A stretch of 64,000 nt of DNA from a virus, in IMG/VR virus record IMGVR_UViG_3300029425_000240. One strand, given 5' to 3'. Position numbers and translations under genes: made by a program. Shown in pieces: positions 29,255 through 37,030 of this stretch. Under the pieces are notes generated by a model. That model made no database searches and had not been told where the DNA came from. It saw nothing but the letters and a program-made list of their open reading frames with translations. Each line of letters starts with the position of its first letter. Within the stretch, counting starts at the first letter, position 1.

Positions 29255-30448
29255 TTATCTTATCAGAGCGCGCCCTAACTCCAACTCATAGCGACGCTTT
29301 CCGCCGTCATATCCGCTGCTTGTATGCTTTTTGTTTTTTATATTAAATATCCCTGTCTTTATTACATCTGAAGCCATAGCGATTGGCGTATCAGTGTTAA
29401 TAGATGACATGTAAGTTACAAACCTCTCTTCTGCTTTTTTTGGAACAAGTCCTTTTTGCAGCACGTTTTTAATGATATCATTTGCTGTAATATTTAGATT
29501 TAAATCTGCCGTATAACATACTTCGAATCGTTTAATGATGTTATCGGCAATCTCGTCTCCGGACATCTTAGTACGATGGTTAACTTCCATACTGTCAAGG
29601 ATATACAGCCTGTTATCAATCTTTACTGCAAAATCGACGCGCATGCTCTTTCTCCCAGATAATGTATCCTGGAACAAAATACATACCGGGATTCCGTCGG
29701 AACGCAACCGGGCAGGTTTGCATCTAAAAGTAAAGCTTAATGCTGGCTGTCTTTTTATCTGCTCTAGGTATGCAGACTCAAACAGCATACTCCTTCCGCA
29801 TTTATTATATAGACATCTAGCAATCTCTACCGCAGAAATCTGATTCTCACCATTCATAGATTTTAGCCCAACAAGCCGTGCATATACTTTTTTTCTGGCA
29901 CGGACCGGTTTATAATGAATACCGATAAGCTCATCTGTCCGCCTTAATCTTCCGGCCAGTGTTTTCAATGTGTCCGGTGATGAGAAATGATTTACCGTTA
30001 TAGGAGGTTCTTTTGTTTTTCCTTTGTTCATACAGTCATCAACAATATTCTTGCGGCTGTAATCGTTCAGCGTTCTGCTGTTTACTTCACGGCTTGGGAT
30101 ATAGCGTATTCCGTCAATCTCATAAAAGCACTCGGATTTATTGATGATATAGCACATTTTATCAGGCAATTGTTCAAAAATCGTCTCCTGTTTTCCAGTA
30201 CTTACGGATGTGACCAGCATTTCCAGCCCTCCTGTTTTTATTTCCTTTGCCTGATAGATTTTTGCTTTTTTAAAATCAATCTTTGTCGATTTTATTGCAG
30301 AAGAATAGTCTTCCCATAAATCTTTCAGGCCTTCCATATTAAATGTTCTCAAATTAATTTCCCCTTTCTTATTTGTTTTTGTTTCACATTTAATATGAAT
30401 GTTTTTCGTTTCATCAAAAAAGCAGCGGAGCTCATGCCGCTGCCTCAT
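29255..30448 (-). CDS. hypothetical protein (~397 aa), possibly replication-associated
   Basis: Track ORF begins at 30493 inside the SSB-like acidic-tail codons; first ATG after the SSB-like stop is 30448 (MRQRHELRCFFDE...), weak RBS; start uncertain. Confidence 0.45.
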   Translation of the reverse strand: MRQRHELRCFFDETKNIHIKCETKTNKKGEINLRTFNMEGLKDLWEDYSSAIKSTKIDFKKAKIYQAKEIKTGGLEMLVTSVSTGKQETIFEQLPDKMCYIINKSECFYEIDGIRYIPSREVNSRTLNDYSRKNIVDDCMNKGKTKEPPITVNHFSSPDTLKTLAGRLRRTDELIGIHYKPVRARKKVYARLVGLKSMNGENQISAVEIARCLYNKCGRSMLFESAYLEQIKRQPALSFTFRCKPARLRSDGIPVCILFQDTLSGRKSMRVDFAVKIDNRLYILDSMEVNHRTKMSGDEIADNIIKRFEVCYTADLNLNITANDIIKNVLQKGLVPKKAEERFVTYMSSINTDTPIAMASDVIKTGIFNIKNKKHTSSGYDGGKRRYELELGRALIR

Positions 30449-30452
30449 ATAG

Positions 30453-31307
30453 TTACTCTGAGTCTTCGTTCTCATCATCGTCTTCTTCGTCATCCGGAGC
30501 CAGGTTCGGAAGTCTAAGATATTCTGTATCGTATGAAAGGACTTCCAGTGTCCTTCCCCTTACGTCATACTCTTCGCCGCATACTCCACAGGTATACTGT
30601 TCTTTAAATTTTCTTGCCTGCAGGGCGCCATCTACAAATACGAGGGCACCTTTTTCAAGATTCTGGTAATCTTCAATAGATTTGTCACCATAAGAGTACA
30701 CCCACGGATAGTCTGTTCTTTCGTACATTTCATTTCCGCCCTTTGGACAATACTTACGGTTGATAGCCAGCTGGAATCTTGTATACGGCTTTCGTCCTCC
30801 CTGCAGCTCCCCGTGGATAGGAGAGTTTGTTAAATTACCAAGCACAAACACACGGTTTGCATCCTCTTCGTTTGCATGCAGATACTCGTACGCTGCCTGT
30901 TCGGTTTCAAACTTCTCCTCTACTCTTAGCGTAATTGGATATACAAAAATCTCATTACCGCCGGATTTTGGCTTTCCGTTTCTTACGCATGCATCAACTC
31001 TTCGGTTGACCGCATTGCAAAACGGACACTCTGCTTTTTTATCTTTTTCTCTTGTTGCTAAAAATCCTGTCATTTTTACAACATCCCATAACTGCAATGT
31101 ATCCATCACATCAAGGATTTCTTTTTCCTGTGTTCTGGCACAAAAAGAAACACTGTTTAATTGATAACCGCTTGTAGCCTTGTCGTACTCTCTTCCACTC
31201 ATAATCGTTGTAAGACCAACGATTCCGGCTCTTCCGTCAACTGTGTCTTTGAATTTTGGTTCCTTTCGTACCAGCGCAAGAACACTCACATAATTATGTC
31301 TTGCCAT
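30453..31307 (-). CDS. SSB-like protein with acidic C-terminal tail and two Cys-x2-Cys pairs
   Basis: N-terminal OB-fold-like pattern (NYVSVLALVRKEPKFKDTVDGRAGIVGLTTI), C-terminal DDEEDDDENEDSE tail as in SSBs; CPFC / CGVC motifs; GAGGAGG RBS. Confidence 0.45.
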   Translation of the reverse strand: MARHNYVSVLALVRKEPKFKDTVDGRAGIVGLTTIMSGREYDKATSGYQLNSVSFCARTQEKEILDVMDTLQLWDVVKMTGFLATREKDKKAECPFCNAVNRRVDACVRNGKPKSGGNEIFVYPITLRVEEKFETEQAAYEYLHANEEDANRVFVLGNLTNSPIHGELQGGRKPYTRFQLAINRKYCPKGGNEMYERTDYPWVYSYGDKSIEDYQNLEKGALVFVDGALQARKFKEQYTCGVCGEEYDVRGRTLEVLSYDTEYLRLPNLAPDDEEDDDENEDSE

Positions 31308-31377
31308 ATTTTTTCCTCCTCTTTTTTTTCTATAGTTTTCTTTCTTTTAGAGAGTCTTTTTTTTCTTTTCTCTATTC

Positions 31378-31393
31378 TCCAATATGCAAAATA
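31378..31393 (-). promoter_or_regulatory. conserved upstream box (TTTTGCATATTGGA), SSB-like operon
   Basis: 75 nt upstream of ATG 31307; overlaps T-run of terminator 31391-31432. Confidence 0.5.
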
Positions 31394-31432
31394 AAATAAA
31401 AAAGGTACATCGTAGCATTTCGCGATGTACCT
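31391..31432 (-). terminator. rho-independent terminator after SPFH gene
   Basis: GGTACATCG..CGATGTACC 9-bp stem plus T-run that merges into the next promoter box. Confidence 0.65.
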
Positions 31433-31465
31433 TTTTCTTATTTTTTTTGTCTATTGCAGCGCCTG

Positions 31466-32530
31466 TCAGTCAGTTTCGTCCTTATGCATATCATGGACCA
31501 TTCCCGCATTAGTCATCGCCGACTGCATACTTACTTTCGTCCTTGGTGTTTTCATGCAGGCATCCTCAGACACCGTCTTTTTGACGCATTTTTCTTTTCG
31601 GATTTTTTCCGCTTCGGCATTTGAGAATTCCTTTTTAGGTTCCTTTGTTGCTCCCCAAAAAGCCTCGCCGGCAATCGCTGCAGGCCCGACACCTTCTGCC
31701 AGATTATTTGGGATAAAGATTTTTGTAGCCCGGCCATCGGCCACATCCTTCATCGCTTCAATAGATTTTAAACGTAAAATATTTTCATTTACGCCTGACT
31801 CCGCAAGCCTTCTAAGTCCTTCTGCTTCTGCTTCATATACAAGCCTGATAGCCTCCGCCTGGCCTTTCGCAAGAGCAATTTTTGCGTCTCTCTCAGCTTC
31901 TGCGTCAAGCAGTTTCGCCTGCTTATCACCTTCTGCCCTGGATACTACAGATTCTTTATGTGCCTGTGCTTCCAATACGGTCTGGCGTCTTTCTCTTTCA
32001 GCCCTCATCTGCTTTGTCATGACCTCTTCAATCTCTTTCGGTGGCTTGATATTTTTGACCTCCACGCGTGATACCTTAATACCCCATTCATCAGTTGCTT
32101 CATCAAGCACATCCTGCATCTGGCGGTTGATATCTGCTCTCGAAGACAGTGTCTGGTCTAATTCCATGGCGCCAATAATACTTCTGAGAGTCGTGGCTGT
32201 CAAATTCTGTAAACCAGTGATAGGTTTCTCAATTCCATATGTATACAATTTTGGGTCGAAAACACTTGCATACACGACAGAATCGATACTAATTGTGACG
32301 TTATCTTTTGTGATAACATCCTGTGGCGGAAAATCGTACACCTGTTCCTTGATGGAGATTTTCTTTACAATCTTATCAATGACTGGAACTTTCACATGCA
32401 GGCCAGCCTCCCACGTTGTGCTGTATTTTCCAAGGCGCTCAATAATGTAGCATGCCTGCTGAGGGACGATACGTATCTGGTTCGCCAGGAATACAATGAT
32501 TATTACTAGAATAACTATAACAAAAAACAT
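31466..32530 (-). CDS. SPFH/band-7 (stomatin/prohibitin/HflK-C-like) membrane protein
   Basis: N-terminal TM, SPFH core, then Ala/Glu-rich coiled coil (AEAERDAKIALAKGQAEAIRL); AGGAGG RBS. Confidence 0.75.
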   Translation of the reverse strand: MFFVIVILVIIIVFLANQIRIVPQQACYIIERLGKYSTTWEAGLHVKVPVIDKIVKKISIKEQVYDFPPQDVITKDNVTISIDSVVYASVFDPKLYTYGIEKPITGLQNLTATTLRSIIGAMELDQTLSSRADINRQMQDVLDEATDEWGIKVSRVEVKNIKPPKEIEEVMTKQMRAERERRQTVLEAQAHKESVVSRAEGDKQAKLLDAEAERDAKIALAKGQAEAIRLVYEAEAEGLRRLAESGVNENILRLKSIEAMKDVADGRATKIFIPNNLAEGVGPAAIAGEAFWGATKEPKKEFSNAEAEKIRKEKCVKKTVSEDACMKTPRTKVSMQSAMTNAGMVHDMHKDETD

Positions 32531-32743
32531 ATTTTATCCTCCTGTGTGTTTTGTTGCCGATAACCGAAACAGGAATTTAAAGTGTTGATACAATGGCCAG
32601 TTGTCGCAAGCACGTTGTTTATGTCCCGGGTCTCTATGTACAATATGATAAATATTTGGAAGAACAGTGTATTTGTATATAAAAAACGTATAAAAAAAAA
32701 ACATGGAGGTCATCCTAATCGGCAAGCCGATTACTCTGACCTC

Positions 32744-32897
32744 GAGACAAGACATATACACTGCAAAATCGCGGAAGGTTCTATCCGCTCCGATACTGGA
32801 TATCCTATAAGTTTTCTTAAAATTCATATATATCGTGATATCCAGTATCTTCGCGTTCCAGATATATGAAGATTTTGCAGTGTACATGTCTTGTCTC
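32744..32897. repeat. 154-bp nested inverted repeat (27-bp outer arms, 13-bp perfect inner arms, AT-rich centre): candidate origin / oriT / operator
   Basis: Outer arms GAGACAAGACATATACACTGCAAAATC (32744-32770) and its complement at 32871-32897 (26/27); inner GATACTGGATATC (32792-32804) / GATATCCAGTATC (32837-32849); 32-bp AT-rich core. Confidence 0.7.
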
Positions 32898-34042
32898 AGC
32901 TTTTTTCTTTCGTTAGTGCGGGCGTGATTCATATATTCTAAAAGTTTTGACATGTTGAGTGTTATTACGATGCGTGATGTCGCTTTACCGGATAAATCAC
33001 ACCCTTCGTTAATGGGCTGCATTCCCAGTTGCCATCTCAACGTTACACCTTGCAAAAAGTAAATTTATATTTCGTAACCTTACGTTTTGAAAGGCGGCCT
33101 TTGGCCGCCATGCAGCCCAGAGGAGGAGGGAGCTGAGCAGATTGACATAGCTTCTCCTTGCGAAAAAGCGCAGACTCTCCCTATAATGGTATGCGTCTGC
33201 GCGGAAGAAGGATAACGCTATGCCATTCTGCTCAGATTTTATGTAGCCCGTCGGAATCGGTCGCTTCACATCATGACGGTCTTAGATAGCAGTCGCACTC
33301 ATCGAAAAACTTATCGAAGAGTTTATCGGAAAGCGCAACCCTGCAGTTCAAATCAGCCGTGCTGATTTTGGCGTAGTCTAAATTATACATTTCTTCTGTA
33401 CAATCTATGGCACATCCCACACGCCATGATGTTTCCATCATCCTACAGGTCCCGACAGCCCGCAAGCTGCCTGTGCATTTGTGCTTCACTTCCTCCTGTT
33501 GCGGTTTTATTACATCAACTGTATATACAATTTGTCTTTATTTCCGCGGATTCCGTTATCCACAAACTCCCCCGCGTCCTACTCTTAACCAGGTTTCCAC
33601 CCGTGCTTTCGCATCTTACGCATACAACTACGTATTAGGCAAAGGGCTTGCAACGCACTACACCCCCTTAGGTCATCGGATAGTCTAAGACCAAACTATT
33701 TTTTCCGCTCCCTGCTCGACTTTTGCCGCTCGGCAACACTTAACGTTGTTTTAGTAACCAGATTGGTCCTTGCTCTGCATTACTGCAGCATATGTCTCGT
33801 TCTCATCACGTTTTTTTTATTATTTTTGCTGATTTTGTCTTTCTTTTTTTATCTTTATGCAAAAAAAACAATAATTAACGTCCTCTTGGTAGAGGTGACA
33901 CCTCAATATTCAATTTGACCGCGTGATATTTCCACAAATTTCCTGCCTCCTTTTATTTCTTTTTTTTCGCTTCTTTGTACAATATCAGTAAGGTCCTTCA
34001 GGACTTTTTGTAAAGTTCCTGGCTGTCATCTGTATCATCAGA

Positions 34043-34058
34043 ATCAATATGCAGAATA
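34043..34058 (-). promoter_or_regulatory. conserved box (TTCTGCATATTGAT) inside the 2-kb noncoding region
   Basis: No annotated CDS downstream; AAAGGAGG-type RBS and a ~20-codon TTG/GTG mini-ORF follow ~75 nt later; may drive a leader or noncoding transcript. Confidence 0.35.
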
Positions 34059-34117
34059 ATTTGTGAACCGGACGGATTTTTTTATTTTTTTTAAAAATCA
34101 TCGACGGGAGGAAAGCC

Positions 34118-34560
34118 CTCGTCCAACTTTGATACCTCGCCGGCTTTGCCGGAGTCGGTACCAGAGCACGCATGATACCTTGTCGCATCGGCTCGTTACC
34201 AATTTGCGCAGCAAATGTCAAGCGAAACCGTAAGGCTGAGTGCAGAGAATAAATATGATACTTCGTGCTTCGCACTCAGTACCAGAATGAATATGATAAC
34301 TCAGGCTTAGCGCCTTCGTTACCAGAATAAATATGATGCCTCACCGGCCTTGCCGGATTCGGCACCAGAGCACGCATGATACCTCGCCTGCTTTACAGGA
34401 CTCGGCACCAGATTAAAAATGATAACTCAGGCTTAACGCCTTCGTTACCAGAATAAATATGATAACTCGCCGTTACCGGCTCGTTACCAAGCCTCGCAGA
34501 GGCTGACAAGCGAGCATAGCTCGCGGTATCATGAGCCTGTATGACAGGCTACTTATTTTT
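34118..34560. repeat. tandem hairpin array R3 (~10 units, period 39-45 bp)
   Basis: Unit = ~27-nt conserved block (C)GGTACCAGA-ATAAATATGATAACTC alternating with short 4-5-bp-stem hairpins (GCCGGCTTTGCCGG, GTGCTTCGCAC, AGGCTTAGCGCCT, CCGGCCTTGCCGG, CCTGCTTTACAGG, GCCGTTACCGGC); one unit carries a module A insertion. Confidence 0.75.
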
Positions 34561-35565
34561 TTTCGTTCTTTTCCATCCTTCCGACATGTCCATGTCATCG
34601 AACTCCTCATACATGTCGTCATCTTCATTTCCATCATCACCCATGACTGGTATGTAATTATCCTCCAATGCTTTTTCCTGTGCGATAATATAAGGGTACA
34701 ATTGTGCAAACTGTTTATTATTTTTTAGCTTTGTGGTAATGCGTGATATCTTACGTTTTACTTTTGGAATATTACTGCCTGGAATCTGTTCTGCAATCTC
34801 ACGATAACTGGAGTGCTTTTTACTTGAATTCTCAGGATTTAACAACAGTTCTAAGAGATTAAGCTCTTCGTCCGTCAATACATCCTTAAGGATTGTTTTT
34901 AAGTTTTCCTCTGATTCTGATTCAATAACAGATTCTTCCGGTCCTTTAATTGATGCTGTATAGTCTGCGCCCGCATCAATTAATGCTTCGTATGAGACGC
35001 TGTCTTTTTTTGACATTAAATCAAGAGTATTCTTTACGGTCGCTTCTGACAGCCCTGTCAGGCTCATGATTGTCTCAATGTCCTCTGCATTTAATCCATA
35101 TTGTTTGCAGTAATTCTGCGCGCCATTGATTTTTTTCATGGCATTCGCATAATATACAGAGGTTTTTCTGAAATTTTTGCTTGCATAATCGCTTACCACA
35201 TGGCGAATCCATGGCGCTATGAACGTAGTGATAGCACCTTTGTCAGGGTCGTAATTTTTTAATTCCGAAAAAATCTTAATCCACACATCTTGAACAATGT
35301 CTTCCTGGTGATATCTGTTCTGCATAAGTGTGCGATAGTTATCCCAAAGTGTTTTATAAACGTAATTTTTGATAAAATAGTATATCTGCGTAAATGCGTC
35401 CTGTACCGTTGCGTTGTCGCCTGCTTCAAGCGCCATATGGTATACTTTGACCAGTTTATTAATCTCTTGTGGGTCGTATTTTCCATTTGAACTGTAGACT
35501 ACCTTCTTTTCTTCTAATAGTTGAGTATTATCGGCAGCATTCATCTTTGTCACTGACGTGTCCAT
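34549..35565 (-). CDS. sigma-70 family RNA polymerase sigma factor (element-encoded), acidic C-terminal extension
   Basis: Region-2-like DIVQDVWIKIFSELKNYDPDKGAITTFIAPWIRHVVSDY, region-4 HTH SYREIAEQIPGSNIPKVKRKISRITTKL; ATG 35565 after AAGGAGGAG. Confidence 0.65.
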   Translation of the reverse strand: MDTSVTKMNAADNTQLLEEKKVVYSSNGKYDPQEINKLVKVYHMALEAGDNATVQDAFTQIYYFIKNYVYKTLWDNYRTLMQNRYHQEDIVQDVWIKIFSELKNYDPDKGAITTFIAPWIRHVVSDYASKNFRKTSVYYANAMKKINGAQNYCKQYGLNAEDIETIMSLTGLSEATVKNTLDLMSKKDSVSYEALIDAGADYTASIKGPEESVIESESEENLKTILKDVLTDEELNLLELLLNPENSSKKHSSYREIAEQIPGSNIPKVKRKISRITTKLKNNKQFAQLYPYIIAQEKALEDNYIPVMGDDGNEDDDMYEEFDDMDMSEGWKRTKKNK

Positions 35566-35824
35566 CAAAAAACTCCTCCTTGTTGATTTCTGGCTTTAAC
35601 ATCTTTTTTATAGTTTCACGATAGCTCCTCTCCGGCACCGATTTGATGTCACTCTTATCTATCTGACATAAACTTTCTCCCATCTTTTTTAATTCTTTAG
35701 TAGTTTCTTCTAATGGTTTATATTTGGAACTCCATTCTTTCCAGATAGTTTCAAAGTCATAACTTTCGTTCCCAGCAATATATTCTGCTAGATTTTTCAT
35801 TGCTGAATACATTGTTTTTCGCAT
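35528..35824 (-). CDS. hypothetical protein (98 aa), overlaps and is co-transcribed with the sigma factor gene
   Basis: ATG 35824 after AAAAGGAGG (track ORF starts at 36103 inside the previous gene); C-terminal DKDECCR; 38-nt overlap with the sigma gene. Confidence 0.45.
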   Translation of the reverse strand: MRKTMYSAMKNLAEYIAGNESYDFETIWKEWSSKYKPLEETTKELKKMGESLCQIDKSDIKSVPERSYRETIKKMLKPEINKEEFFDGHVSDKDECCR

Positions 35825-35860
35825 ATTCTTCGGCCTCCTTTTCAGGTCTTCGTGTTCTAT

Positions 35861-35876
35861 GTTAATATGCCGAAAA
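35861..35876 (-). promoter_or_regulatory. conserved upstream box (TTTCGGCATATTAAC), sigma-factor operon
   Basis: 41 nt upstream of ATG 35824, follows terminator 35895-35938. Confidence 0.5.
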
Positions 35877-35894
35877 CAATATGAAGGATTACGT

Positions 35895-35938
35895 TTTTTT
35901 TGCAAAAAAAAGAGCAGGAATATAAATCTCTGCTCTTC
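35895..35938 (-). terminator. rho-independent terminator after 35952-37028
   Basis: AGAGCAG..CTGCTCT stem followed by T8 on minus strand. Confidence 0.6.
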
Positions 35939-35951
35939 GTGTTGCTTAGAA

Positions 35952-37028
35952 TTATTCGATTGAATTATCGTCCTCGGTGTTATCAGTTTCAGCAGCATCA
36001 GAGCTGCTTGTTGAACTTTCCTGACTGTTAATTTGAACTTTTTTATAAATGCTGGTGACAACATCCTCCTCAAATAAAAGGTACTTTTTTCTTTCAATTT
36101 CATATTTCGAAAGTCCTTCTTTTTCCGATTTGTCTAGCTTTTCATACCTTTTTTCCAGGTCCGTTTTTGTCGCAACGCCATCATTCTTTATAACCGATGC
36201 GATAAAGAAAATTTTATAAAGACTATGCTTTGCCTGTTCATATGTTGCATTTGGGTCATCTTTCTGGATGACTTCCAGCTCTCTTTGGATAAGGCTTTCC
36301 GGAAGCTGAATGAATGTAGTCTGTTCCATCATCGTATCAATCAGTGAATTTATCGTATGTTCCCTTGCAATTTCTTTGGCCTCTCCGCTTGCATCGTTTT
36401 TTAATGCGGAACACATATCATGCACACTGTCGTATTCTGTATTGTTCTGAATGTAATCGTCGGTAACTGGATATGGCATATTCAAAATATCAGATATCGT
36501 TATGTCTACTGATGCATCTTCAACACCATTAAAATTTGTATCCGTTACCCTTACAGTGTCTCCTTTTTTAGCGTTATTCAATGCAGTATATACGTCGTCA
36601 CCGTATATCTTCGAGTTGTCGCTGTATGCCATTTTAAAATTACTTTTAACTTCTTTTACTTTGCCTTTTTGCGTTACTGTATAATCCACAATAAGAGTGA
36701 TATTATCGTTACTGTCTAATTGCACTGAACCTAATCGGTCTGCAGTTTTATCGAGCTGTTCATACATAACATCTTGCACATTATCATCTGTGACCTCAAT
36801 ATTATCCAAGTCTTCTGTGATGTCAATGTCTGAAAATGATTCTGGAAGCGAAACATATGATGTCATGTCAATCTCTGATAACAGTTCTGGACTTTTCACC
36901 TTTGAAACTGTTTCCTCTGTCTTTTGCGGCTCAAGCCCAGCATTCTGCCTGTTTATGTATAAACCGGCAGAGATAAAGCATGTGGCTCCAGCAAAAAAAC
37001 ATAAAAACACAACTATTTTTTTTACCAT
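35952..37028 (-). CDS. secreted hypothetical protein (358 aa)
   Basis: Signal peptide MVKKIVVFLCFFAGATCFISAG; GAAGGAGAG RBS; acidic C-terminus. Confidence 0.55.
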   Translation of the reverse strand: MVKKIVVFLCFFAGATCFISAGLYINRQNAGLEPQKTEETVSKVKSPELLSEIDMTSYVSLPESFSDIDITEDLDNIEVTDDNVQDVMYEQLDKTADRLGSVQLDSNDNITLIVDYTVTQKGKVKEVKSNFKMAYSDNSKIYGDDVYTALNNAKKGDTVRVTDTNFNGVEDASVDITISDILNMPYPVTDDYIQNNTEYDSVHDMCSALKNDASGEAKEIAREHTINSLIDTMMEQTTFIQLPESLIQRELEVIQKDDPNATYEQAKHSLYKIFFIASVIKNDGVATKTDLEKRYEKLDKSEKEGLSKYEIERKKYLLFEEDVVTSIYKKVQINSQESSTSSSDAAETDNTEDDNSIE

Positions 37029-37030
37029 TT

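Larger units (their letters stand above)
32531..34548. other. ~2-kb region without credible CDS, dense in stem-loops; candidate replication/transfer origin and/or large structured ncRNA
   Basis: Only short, RBS-less ORFs with odd composition; contains the nested IR, GC-rich hairpins (GGCGGCC-TTT-GGCCGCC 33093-33109; GCGCAGAC..GTCTGCGC 33167-33207), a long-range pairing AGCTGAGCAGA / TCTGCTCAGAT, an isolated promoter box and the tandem hairpin array. Confidence 0.5.

Noticed and set aside
32534-33489. Track ORFs 32534-33055, 33009-33269 and 33271-33489 as genes
   Set aside because: They have no RBS (or only a GTG with a 2-nt spacer), Cys/Arg-rich odd composition, and they overlap the nested IR and GC-rich hairpins. 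The region is interpreted as noncoding.
34118-34560. Possible CRISPR array (regularly spaced repeats)
   Set aside because: The 'spacers' are only 12-17 nt and are themselves palindromic hairpins, some of which recur. The repeat units are degenerate (about 70-90% identical) and interrupted by a module shared with other loci. No cas genes or leader are present. It is better described as a REP/MITE-like tandem hairpin array.
35821-35827. GCATATT at 35821-35827 and TTTCGCATATTTTT at 45768-45781 as additional promoter boxes
   Set aside because: The first overlaps a start codon in the wrong orientation for any downstream gene. The second is plus-oriented with no plus-strand gene after it, though it might express the R6 repeat cluster as RNA (mentioned in the R6 feature).
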